DNA of 64,000 nt from the NCBI GenBank assembly GCA_964035545.1, contig OZ037768.1, positions 22,415,319 to 22,479,318 of the forward strand, written 5' to 3'. The position numbers and the translations under genes are program-made. The stretch comes from Bugula neritina (lineage: Eukaryota; Animalia; Bryozoa). Shown here piece after piece: positions 1 through 12,700 of this stretch; positions within the stretch are counted from its first letter, which is position 1; each line of letters opens with the position of its first letter. A model generated the notes under the pieces. It was given only the letters and a program-made list of their open reading frames with translations, searched no databases and was not told the origin of the DNA.

Positions 1-1312
1 CAAACTTCCTTTCATTTATGCAATTAATGATAATGACTTATGACGTTCAGTTTGAGTTTTTCCATTTGCAATTGTTTTTTATAGTAAATTATTGCTTATT
101 TTAAGTAACTATTGAGCAACTAACATTTACATAATTTAATTTAAATTCATTTTGTCAAAGTATGGTCAGTTTTTAATCGTGCAGTGATTGAGTGAATGTA
201 ATCTTATGGACCGTTTTTATCAGTATCTTTGACTTGCCTTTCCCATTTTCATTAGGCTATCAGCTTAGGCAAATTTTAAGGTGAGTTGAAAAAAAGCTGA
301 GTACTCACCACAGAATGACAGTACCACCAACAGAAGAATTAGGTCACACTGAACTGTAACAACAAATAGTTTTTGAGTATCTAGGGATGTTGATAGATTA
401 GAGAAGAGACTGTGAGTCATAGCTAATTGGAAGGCTAGGCGCAGCATGCTATAAACCGGGGGCGGGGGGGGGAGGAGACGAGAAAAGATGTTTCAGAGGT
501 TTCATGTGATGAAAACTTCCAAAACACTTAATTGCTCAGCTATAAAAAACAAGACAGGCGTTAACTTAGGGTAATGGAACAAGGCACATCATCTTAAGGC
601 AAGACAAACAAATAGAGGTTAACAATATGTGAATACCCAGAACTATATATTTGATCAGCTGGGAAAGTTAGTCTTTAAATATAGGATAAAAAGGAAACCT
701 CAATGAAAATGGTCATTCGCAGCAAATGATAATTAGGCGAATGTTAGACATGTGACTGAGAGGAAGAAGAGCAAGGCCCAATCACATGACTTAACATTGT
801 AAACAATGCTAGGAATTGGCGGGTTTTAAACCATAATTTTTATTGGTTGTTTTAGGTTTAAGTTATTTTAATAGAATTAATTTAAATCATTTCTCATTAA
901 TGACAGGATTTGGAAAACCTAAAAAAGTATTGTGTTGCAATCTTTTGCTGTTGCCTTAGGAATACTAACACAATACAGGTTGTTTATGTTTGTAAAAGTA
1001 TTTGAAATAAATAGCTTGACTTTTTTATATACCATTTCTCTTCACTAGCTCTAGTTAAGGTGTAAGAATATTTTACTATGATGATATGATAAGCTAGAGT
1101 TAATTTTTAAGAGTATTGTGACCTATAAATTGTGACCTATAAAACATTGTGTTGTAGTAAATATATATAATTCATTATTATGTCAGTTACTGTCTTTCCT
1201 TACTTGTTCACCAATTGGAAGTTTGTTGTTTACACTCTTGCAATGTATTTTTTTTATAGCTTTGTCTGTTATTATTTGTTGGAAGAAATTAAATTAAAAT
1301 ATTTTTTTGAAG

Positions 1313-3649
1313 CATCTGGGACTTGTGCTTCAGCCCAGATGGCGCCCAGCTAATTGTAGCCGCAGGCTCACGTGTTATGGTATATGATGCCTCTGATGGA
1401 CAACTTATTCAGCCTCTCAAAGGTTAGAAATATATATATATTTAGTGGAATAATTTAAGAGGGAAATTTGAGGTTGTTATTCTACGGCTGGTTTTTCTTG
1501 GCAGGTCACAAAGATACAGTGTACTGCGTAGCCTACTCTAAAGATGGTAAGCGATTCTCCTCAGGGTCAGCTGATAAATGTGTCATCATTTGGACCAACA
1601 AGTTAGAAGGAATACTAAAGTACACGTACGTACTTAGTTCACACATTCTTACTTATTCAAATGTTAAAACATTTTTATTTCTCTTGCATTCGTTGATTGC
1701 TATTATATTTATATTCTGGTGTTAATAATATTAGCAGATTCTAACTTATTTAAGACTGAAAATTGTTTGTTTCATTTTTCTTGCATTCTTTAATTGCTAG
1801 CATTTGTGCATTTCCGGTGTTAATAATGCAGGCACAATGATGCTATACAATGCCTTGACTTCAACCCCGTCTCGCACCAGCTGGCTAGCTGCGCTGTCAC
1901 AGATTTTGGACTATGGTCGATGGAGCAGAAGTCAGTTAACAAGACCAAAGTGGCCAGTCGAATTACTTGCTGCAGTTGGACCAATGATGGCCAGTACCTC
2001 GCGCTGGGCATGTCCAATGGCATCGTCAGCATTAGGTCAAAGGTACGCCGCTTTCTACTTACAATTCTTGTACTTGTAGGTCTTGTGTGAACTTCACTAG
2101 ATAATCGTTTGATGGGAGAATAAAGCATTTGTAAAAATTGATATATGATTTTTATGATCTCTACAAGATTGGAAAGACTGTAACATCTATTTCAGATGAA
2201 GTCTTCTATCTGCTTGAATTGTCAATTAGTGCTAGCGCTGATTTTTTTTCAAACTCAATGTGTGTTACAAAAATCAATTTTTAACTCAAGAAAATTAAAT
2301 GCTTAACTCTTTTTAGTTACCTGAAGCAAGGTAAGGCAGTCATAAACCTAGCTTCTGCCATTTTATACATTTCTCTCATCAAAGCAAAAGCATTGCTTAT
2401 TACTTACTCTGTTGCCATATTGTCTGTGATGTTATTATCTTCTCACTCTATTATCATCATGACGTGTAAACTGACTTGTGTAGGGTGGAGAGGAGAAGAG
2501 TAAAATTGAACGACCCGGTGGAGCTTTGTCACCCATCTGGTCTGTTTCCTGGAGCCCTTCAAAGTGAGTGCCTTTAACCTTTAACGTTTAACCTTTACCC
2601 CACCAGCCTAGTCCAGTGTGTGCTAGGGTAGATCTGTGATATCATACATACTATTGTATAAATAAGGCATTTTATTGCCCTAATTAGTTGGATATGAAAA
2701 TGAAATGCAACTTTCTGAATATTTACATGCTTGTTTAATTATAGTTGGTATTACCTGCTATTTCAATTTTCTAAAATTGCACCCAATTATAGTCACAATA
2801 AGTGCTAAATAATGATTATTTAATTCAAATTTCAATTCAAAAATATTTCAATATTTTTCAATCTAGGTTAAATAGAAATTAATTAGTTTAAATTTTTGTC
2901 GTAAAAATTGATTTTTTAAAGATATTTTATAATAATTAAACACTTTTACTTCATTCATTTATCTAAAAGACAGCTGTTTGCATTCACATGACTTTACATG
3001 TGTTTCACTTAGCGAAAGGAATAAAGTAATTATTTCTGAACTTGACCATGAAGAAGGGGGAAGTAGTGATGAAGAACATGAGTTTGTTAATATGTTTTAT
3101 TGTTTTCAATGTCTTTACTGTTAATTTACATGTTGATAAATTATTTTTTCTTTCTGAATTTAGATTCAAAACAAACAGTTCTGTGATTACAGCTTTTGTT
3201 TAGCACTATATTATTTTGCCTGTGATTTGCTCTCAACACATCTGTATGTTGCACAGAGACGAGGCTCACGATTTGCTAGCTGTCGCTGACTGGGGCCAAA
3301 CGCTGTCGTTCTACCAGTTGACTGGTAAGCAAGTAGGCAAAGACCGTCTGCTGAACTATGACCCCTGTACGCTTGGCTGGTTTCCTAAGGGTGAATATCT
3401 GGTTACTGGAGGTTCTGATAGACAGGTAGATCATTCAGATATGTTTATATTTATATGAGTTTACCTGTTTCCTGGGCTATAAAGTTCTTTCAGACTAGAA
3501 TATTACTCTAGTTCTGTATAAAACGTCAGCCAATAATAACAGACAAATAACTTCTTAAAATTAACTTATCTGGACTCGTGTTCTTGGCCTCTTTGGGTCA
3601 ATAACTGATAGTAAGTACTAAATAAAATAGGATTTACGTATATACTATG

Positions 3650-3706
<57 letters not shown>

Positions 3707-6700
3707 TATAAGTATAAATAAAATAAATAATGTAGTTGTTAGTGTTGTATTTTTACAGCTTACTCTTCATACTAAAGATGGAGTAAAGCTTGGACTAGTT
3801 GCAGAAATGAAATCTTGGGTGTGGTGTGCTAAAGTCCGACCTGAAACCAATTCTGTGGTAAGTTCACGTGCTATCATAAGATTCTGATTCTATTAATAGT
3901 AACACAGTGTGATGGCAGTTTTTTTATGGCAAATAATGAGTTTTAGAAATTTAGTTATTAGAAGCTTTAATGCTATTTTTGCCCCCCCCCCCCCCTCAAG
4001 TTTTAAGTCTAATATAATAAAATCCCACAAGGTGTTTTTCTAAAGGTAAAAGACAACTTCTCACTAGGCATAGTTGTACCTATTTATATCAACAATCTCA
4101 CGAACAATAAAGTATAAGAAATTTTGCTCATATTTCATTTCACGAGATGGTAAACATATATCACTGGTGGTAAATAAATAGCTGTTATCTCAAAAAATGC
4201 ATAAACTTATTGTCGGGTAAGACAACTACTAATAGTATGAAATTACGTTTTATTCAGACAGTAAAAGAAGAAAGACAAAGTAAAAGTGTTGAACTAGTAA
4301 GATTTATATGGCGTGTGTTCCATGTGTCTACGTTGTGGTTGTTTAAAGTAGCCTTCCTACAAGTGTTGTGTTTTACTACATGTAATCTTAAGTCTATCAA
4401 ATATCCGCCTAAATATTATGTAATAGTCTGTAGTATGGGTGCCTATTGAATTCGTTTAATATATCTCCTTCTTGCTAAATGTGTGTAAATTGGTATGTAT
4501 TGAGAGTAATCTGCCCTTTGTACCCGAAAATTACTTAGTAGTACAGCAGTGTTTAAATGACATTCTTATATTTTGAGTAAACAGCAACATGCAAATATAT
4601 TTTGGTATTGGTAGCTGAGCAGTAAACAAGTAAACATGCTATACTGTATCTGTACAAATACAGTATAGCATGTTACAAGTTCTTAGAGAGCAGATAACTC
4701 ACACTATAATAGAAAGTATAATATTGTAATACTATTGTCTAGCCTAGTATTTCAATAAGCTAAGTTATCTCTCCTGTATTAGCTTCAAGCTAAACTTTTG
4801 AGTAACCGATTCACATTTTATGCTTATGATTTATGTTAAAAGTAGTAATTTGTTTTCTTCATGCTACTTCTAATACTTGTCTGTAATAGTATAAGCATGT
4901 GCTATATACATGTTTATCCTATTTGTAGTACTATAATATTGTGTTAGTTTCATAGTATTTGTAGTTTACATGCAATTCCTTTACATCCTTATTTAAATGC
5001 TTCAAAGTCAAGTGGTTTTGAATAGTTTAATACATCGAAGCCACCTTGATGTATGGAAAAGGCAGAGTATGGGTTGTTAGTTAAAGTAGTAATAGTGTTA
5101 GACTTTTCTTGATATATATGTACTATGAACGTATGTTTTTTTAAAACTAGCCGAGTGATAGTCAGAAGGCCTATGTTGTAAGTATATCATTTCATCTGCA
5201 CACGAAATGGCTTGATGTGGCAAAATGAACTGTTTCTTCTGTGCAATAAAATACCTACTGACTTCACTATTTCTATAAACCTTCTTTTTACCTTCTCGAT
5301 GTGTGGTAAAGATAGTGTCATGCTATTCGTCTGCACACCTGTTTCTTGTATTACATAATAAATTACTATGAGCTCATATTTTTTGTATCCTCCATTCTAA
5401 GTGCTTGTTAGCTTTTCTTCAAGCCACTTTCTTCACAAGCTTTGTTACACCTTTTATTATGCTATCACTACCCTGTTTATGCTATCAACTCTGCTTTGTA
5501 TTTGCTTAATGATTTCACTTAGAACAAATGCATCAATTGGTTGATATTTTGTAACGCTGCAGGCTATTGGCTGTCAGGATGGGACAATTGCTTACTACCA
5601 GGTCATCTTCAGCACAGTTCATGGGTTGTACAGAGATAGATATGCCTATAGAGACTATATGACTGATGTCATCATTCAGCACCTGGTCACCGAGCAGAAG
5701 GTAGTCCATTCTCACTCACCTACACACTCAGTAACTCACTCACACACTCAGTAACTCACTCACACACTCAGTAACTCACTCACACACTCAGTAACTCACT
5801 CACACACTCAGTAACTCACTCACACACTCAGTAACTCACTCACACACTCAGTAACTCACTCACACACTCAGTCATTCATTTACTCACTCACCTACGCACT
5901 CAGTCACTCACTCACACACTCAGTAACTCACTCACACACTCAGTCACTCATTTACTCACTCACTGTCTCACTCAGTAACTCTCTCACTCACCCATTCACC
6001 CACTGACTCATTTACTCACTCACCTACGCACTCACTGTCTCACTCAGTAACTCGCTCACTCACCCATTCACTCACTGACCGATTCATTCACTCACTGATT
6101 CATTTACTCACTCACTTATTCACTATTCCTAGTTCTCCCTGCACCTCCCTTACTTAGATATAAGTGTCTTACTCAGCTGTTGTCAATCAACAGAAATAAT
6201 AGCTTGCTGTTAGAATGTTTGAGCATTGTTTAATTAAATACATTTTAATCCTATTATAGCTATGCACAAGCCCCAGTTTATATGACATATAATGTATTTT
6301 ACATGATATGTGAAATATGGTATATGTCACGGTCTATACTCATATCTTATATGTGGTAGATGCCATGATGTATACTCATATATCCTATAATATGTATATA
6401 ATATGCCTATAAGTGCTGTTGTATGGTATATCAAGCTATAAAATAGTAGATATTCATGTCAAATGCTGCCGTTATCTCTTATAGGTCAGAATACGCTGTC
6501 GGGATCTGGTCAAGAAGATTGCAATCTACAGAAACAGACTCGCTGTGAGTACTAAGCCATTAATAATTCATGACACTATAGGAGTTATCTTTCCTTAGTG
6601 GGTACTTTTCACAATAACACACTATGATCTCTCCATCTGCAGGTTCAGTTACCTGACAGGATTGTGATCTACGAACTCTACTCCGAAGATGTCACGGACA

Positions 6701-9700
6701 TGCACTACAGGATTAAAGAGAAGATCAACAAGAAGTTCGACTGCAACTTGCTAGTTGTCACGGCTAATAACATCATACTCTGCCTGGTACGTCTCTCCAA
6801 GTTGCCACCTGTGTTAGATACTTTCATAGATTTCCTTCTCTCCCTTGATAGTTTTAAGGTTTACTTGGATATTGTTTGTGTTTCTGCTCCGTGTTTGTGG
6901 CAGTGTCATTTATAAAACCTCTTTTTTAACCTCGTTTTCTTTGTGTTTGAATGCTTTTATTTTCTGAACATAGAATAGCTGCATTTTGGTGTTGCGTTGG
7001 AGGTTTTAGTGAATTTATTGCTATTGCTGTTATATAAACTAGAGCAACAACAATTAAAAATTTGGGTAAATTATAATATACTGATTGTAATTAGTTACAT
7101 ATAGTTCATTTTTTAAAGAAGAGTTTATAGCTGTGAACCTGGTAGTTTATAATGGAAATAGGGGGAGTAACTTCTACTGGCTATATAATAATATTACGAA
7201 ATAGCTGGCAATTTGTGTCAGGTTTCTGCAGGTGTCTGGTTGACATGCTATTAATAGCAATTTTTAGCCTGTGAGATTAATTGTTTGTTTATTTTAACAA
7301 ATACAGGACACGCCCAATAAAAAACAGGTATTGCTATATTTTAGCCTGTGCTAGTAGAGCTCTATCTTTCCTCTTATCTGTCGTGTATATAATTATTTAT
7401 CTGATAAATTTTAGTCATTTAGGCAATCTTTTTTAATGTTGACATAAAACAGTTTAAGTTTAGCAAAAATGTAAAAGCTGTGCTAATCAATGTTTAAAAT
7501 AAGTTTTGGGTGTGGAATTTTGATGCAATTTTATTTTTGGATCAAAATTTGAATAGCTGCTTCTTTGGACATGGCTTTTACCTGCATGAATATATATATT
7601 GAGTAGGTTTTACATAGCCTGTGTTTCTTAGAGCTTTGTACCCTTCCCTCTGAACTTACTAACACTTATAGTGCATGATTAATTTCTATATCTAACTTCT
7701 GCATCCTCCGCTTGTATTTGCTTTCTTTTAGATGAAAATCTAACTTGTGTTGTCTTTGTATTGTAACATGTAGCTGTAATCAAAGTCTAGCTAATTTAGC
7801 TAATCAAAGCCTTGTTAAGTTCTTTCAGTCCCAACTTGAAGTATTATTATTCCAAAAGTATAGTTTTATCTTTATAGTAGATGTAGCTTAAAAAATATGG
7901 TTATGTCAAAGATAATTCATTCACCATGCTTTCTGTTTTATAAACATCTTCTGTCACTTGTCTCTTTTAGTAGCATTAGAAAGCTTTAGGTGCACTATTT
8001 CTAATCAACAAAGTTTTTTGTACTCTCTAAACTATATATTACAATGTAGGAAAACAAAATGCTCAAATATTCATCAATTACTCTACAAAATAGACTGATA
8101 GTGTTTCATATACCATAGAGTTCATTTTCTGAATTACTAGTATTTGTTACAAAGTCTATTTTTTGTTTCTAGCCTGTTAATGTAAACAACAATAATAACG
8201 ACAGCTACGAGGGAACTACTTTGGTAATAAGCAGATTTTTTGCATTTTAGTGAAATCTTCTTAAAGCTAATTTCAAGATAAAATTTTACTTGCATTGATT
8301 ATTGCTGATACAGTATTTATAGGCTAGTGATGTTTTATATTGCTTAATTTGTGAAGTCTTTTAAAAAACTAACATGATGTGTTATTTTACCTTTGTTATC
8401 TAAATTCATAAAAATTCCAATCATCAATAGAGATATTCCAACAGCAAGCATGGTCACCTTTCACCGCCGTGGTCCTGCTGGGGGGTGAAAGAGATAATCA
8501 TCATGAAAGAGATCATCCCCCATGTCCCCTTGTGTCCACTAATGCCTCCTTGTGTCCACTAATGCCCCCTTGTGTCTACTAATGCCCCCTTGTGACCACT
8601 AATGCCCCCTTGTGTCCACTGATGGTCCTCCTGGGATTCAAACCCAAATAAGACTGTATAGCTATATTCATTGTTCTTCTAGTGCCTTGCAGTGGCTCAC
8701 ATCATCAAAAACCTTTGCTATCTGAAATAAAGATGTATACACTGTAAATATGAATTTCATGGTTTAGAATGGAAATTATGCATTATCCGATTTTAAATCA
8801 TATTTTACTCATGCATTTGTGTTCTACTACATTAGAGAATATATGTTTATAATGTGTATAACTCTATGTACAGTATAATAAGAAACTGGCCAAGTTTCAA
8901 TGTTAGCTATTGAATATATGTGTGGCAAGCCTATATAAAATTAGTATTAAACATATCTTGAATGAATATGTGTCAGTTACAGTTCTGTTATAAGTAATAG
9001 AGTTAGTCTACACTGTAACTTTGGTAACACCATGTATTGGTTATTCCACCTGGCAGGAGCGAAAGTTGCAATGCCTGTCATTCCAAGGAGTGAAGGAGAG
9101 AGAGTGGATTATGGAGTCCCTGATTCGTTACATCAAGGTGGTGGGGGGTCCTGCGGGCAAGGAGGGTATCCTGGTTGGACTGAAGAATGGACAGGTCAGT
9201 CTTATAGTAATTTGATAATCTGTAAATTATTGTAGTATATGAACTTAACATCAAGCTTGAGCAAATTGTTTGAACTTGGCAACATAGTTGCATTATTCAT
9301 ACATTTCGATCATCTTCTGATATAAATATTCTAGTAAATTCTAGCTTGTTGGTGGCGTACTTTTTGCTCTGTTTTTAGAAAAGTATGCGTTTTATTGTTG
9401 CAATTGCTAACGATTATGTTGAACATATGGAATTGACTTTCTATTCACCTCCTTCAGGTGATGAAGATTTTTGTCAACAACCCGTTCCCGGTGATGTTGC
9501 TGAAGCAGACAACATCAGTTCGCTGTCTAGACATCAGTGCGTCAAGAAGTAAGCTAGCCGTTGTTGATGAACACAGCATGTGTCAGGTGAATGCAGTAAA
9601 ACAACGTTTTATTTCTTTCAGATAATACAGACATGCTTGTTAAGTTTATATAAATGACTTTTAGGTTCAAATTAGGAAGACAACTCTTGACTCTAATGAA

Positions 9701-12700
9701 CTAATATGTTAAGGAAGGATAACTCCTTGACTTATGATAATAATCAGTATTTTTCAATAATCTGATAAGCACATTGGCAATTGTAATGTTTTATCATCTG
9801 TACTCTATAGTATAGATTCTATACAATTATCATTATTGATGGAGAATACTAAAATTGGAATTGTCTTTTCATTCACAATTATTTATAAGAAACTATTAAT
9901 GAAACCTTCACAGGTGTACGATATCGGCAGCAAGGAGTTGATATATCAGGAGCCGAATGCAAACAGTGTAGCCTGGAATCTTTACTCTGAGCAGATGCTC
10001 TGCTTCAGTGGTATCGGCCTTCTGAACATCAAAGCAAGCAACTTTCCTATCCATCAGCAAAAAATGCAGGTGTGTCCTTTTCGTAGCCTCGTGCTGCTTT
10101 CAGGTGTCTTTTTACTCCTTATTTCATAATTCTCAAGTTGAACCAATGAGATTGTTGATGTTGTATGACAAGAACTTACCAGCAGTGAGGCTGGAACACA
10201 TAAAGCCCCTAATCACTTTACAGTTTGCGCAAATTTTTATTGGCTATACCATTAATCCCTTCTTTGTAAGGTTCGCTTTCATGAGGAGTTGTGCTCCCTG
10301 CTGTTTGAGCATGTTCAACATAACAACATAATATTAAGTAGATGTTGACTTGTTTCAGTATGAGATCAGAGAGGTAAGGTAAAAATTAAGTCTCTCTATT
10401 TCCTGTTTGTATACTGACATACCCTCTGATTCATAACACCCAGTGACTCTTAAGCTAAGTTTAATCTCAATGTGGCACGATAAGATAACTCTCCTTCAAA
10501 TCTCAGTGCTGTCTGTCACAGTATTGCTGATTTGGAGTCAATTTTTGGATTTTGTGATTTGAAAACAAGCGTTCTTGTAGAAATCAGATGTGCTTAATGA
10601 TGTCTCTTTGAATTTGGTTACAAGTTTACTTCAAACTGTTTTATAATCCAACATTATGTGAAAGTCTGCATCTGTTATGCAACTGTCATTGACTTTTGGG
10701 AGTTGTCTTTTCTGAAGGCTAATAGACTATAGTTTTAAATGTCATTTTTTATGACTGTATGTCTTTTGTAGCTGTAAATTGTGTTTAAATTATGTCAGAG
10801 TAGGTTTTTGTTATGTCCTGTGTGTGTTGGAAGACTCTGTTCACAATATAAGGAGTTGTCCCTTCATTGTAGGTCGTCACTTCTTATAGGGTTTCCTGAT
10901 CATATAGAATCGTCTTCTTTTCAGTACTACCTTCCTTATCACAAAATAATTAAATTTTAACTGTAATAACCTCAATTACTCGATTTTGCACTTCTTGCTC
11001 TCCCAACTCTTTCTTTTTCTACCAGCTATTCTGCTGCCATCAAACTTGGTGTAATATCGAATGCAACATCACGTTATTCTAATCTATTGTTTATATGCTG
11101 CAGGGTTTTGTCGTTGGTTTTATGGGCTCCAAGATATTCTGTCTGAATGTTTATACCATGTCAAGTGTTGATGTGCCCCAGTCCGCTCAGATGTACCAAT
11201 ATTTAGAGAAAAAGATGTTTAGGTAAGAGTAGTGTGAGAGTTTTATTCAAAATACAGTTATTAACATTGTGAAATTATGTTTTGTATTGAATACCAAGTA
11301 GAAATGGCATCCGTTCGGCATATTTGCTTCTTTATATTTACAATTTATTTTGATCTATCTGCATGTACCCTAACTATGTAAGTGGGGTGAGTATAAAATT
11401 GTTGATATTGTGAAAAGCTCTAAATATTGAAAAGCCTTTAAACTTTAGTGACCCTCTTGTTGTTTCTGTGTTTAGAGAAGCATACGCTGTCGCCTGTCTC
11501 GGTGTGACCGAAGGAGATTGGGATGCCTTGGCTCAGTCAGCTCTGGAAGGGCTGGAGTTTGAAATCGCTAAGAAGTCTTTCATCAGAACTAAAAATTTGA
11601 AGTACTTGGAGCTTATTCACAGCATTGAAGTGAGTTGTGAGGGCTGTTTGGTCATGTAGAGTAGAGCTGTAGATTTTTGAATAAGTTTACAACTGGAGTG
11701 AGTGAGTGAGTGAGTGAGTGAGTGAGTGAGTGAGTGAGTGAGTGAGTGAGTGAGTGAGTGAGTGAGTGAGTGAGTGAGTGAGTGAGTGAGTGAGTGAGTG
11801 AGTGAGTGAGTGAGTGAGTGAGTGAGTGAGTGAGTGAGTGAGTGAGTGAGTGAGTGAGTGAGTGAGTGAGTGAGTGAGTGAGTGAGTGAGTGAGTGAGTG
11901 AGTGAGTGAGTGAGTGAGTGAGTGAGTGAGTGAGTGAGTGAGTGAGTGAGTGAGTGAGTGAGTGAGTGAGTGAGTGAGTGAGTGAGTGAGTGAGTGAGTG
12001 AGTGAGTGAGTGAGTGAGTGAGTGAGTGAGTGAGTGAGTGAGTGAGTGAGTGAGTGAGTGAGTGAGTGAGTGAGTGAGTGAGTGAGTGAGTGAGTGAGTG
12101 AGTGAGTGAGTGAGTGAGTGAGTGAGTGAGTGAGTGAGTGAGTGAGTGAGTGAGTGAGTGAGTGAGTGAGTGAGTGAGTGAGTGAGTGAGTGAGTGAGTG
12201 AGTGAGTGAGTGAGTGAGTGAGTGAGTGAGTGAGTGAGTGAGTGCGTGAGGGAGGGAGTGAGTGAGTGATATCAACTGACTGACAGCCAGTCAATTAGCT
12301 GAGATGTATGAGATAGTCATTCTTAGCGACTAATTAGTTGAGATGTATGGCTCAATAAAGAGAAATAAAGTTCTGGTTATTTTCTGATAGGAGCGTAGAA
12401 AGAGAGGGGACGGCGACATGCAAGTGTTCCTAGCAGACATCTATGCCTACCAGTCCAAGTTTCAAGATGCTGCTAAGCTGTACAAGAGAGCTAATCAGGA
12501 CCAGAAGGCCATGAATATGTTTACAGACCTTAGAATGTTTGAGTATGCCAAGGTGAGGGTCAAATGAGTCAAACTTTTAGTTTTCTTATCTCTGTATATT
12601 AGTGCACTGGATAAATTTTACTATCACTTTACTGGAGGTTTAAAAGGTTGTTAGTCTAAGAAAAAGTGGATAAATAATATAAAATTGAATTGTGTTTATC

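Noticed and set aside
1-1312. Search for the first IFT122 coding exon and RFX X-box/FoxJ1 sites (e.g. gttgccttaggaatac ~950, tgtaaacaa ~798)
   Set aside because: No ATG-led phase-2 exon resembling the IFT122 N-terminus was found; motif matches are imperfect or too common in AT-rich DNA.
8628-8646. Isolated tRNA B-box-like fragment (gggattcaaaccc); similar scraps at ~32100 and ~33295
   Set aside because: No cloverleaf or full SINE body; at most eroded SINE pieces.
11617-12294. 225-aa and 207-aa HSLT-repeat ORFs
   Set aside because: Translations of the (GAGT)n microsatellite antisense to an IFT122 intron.
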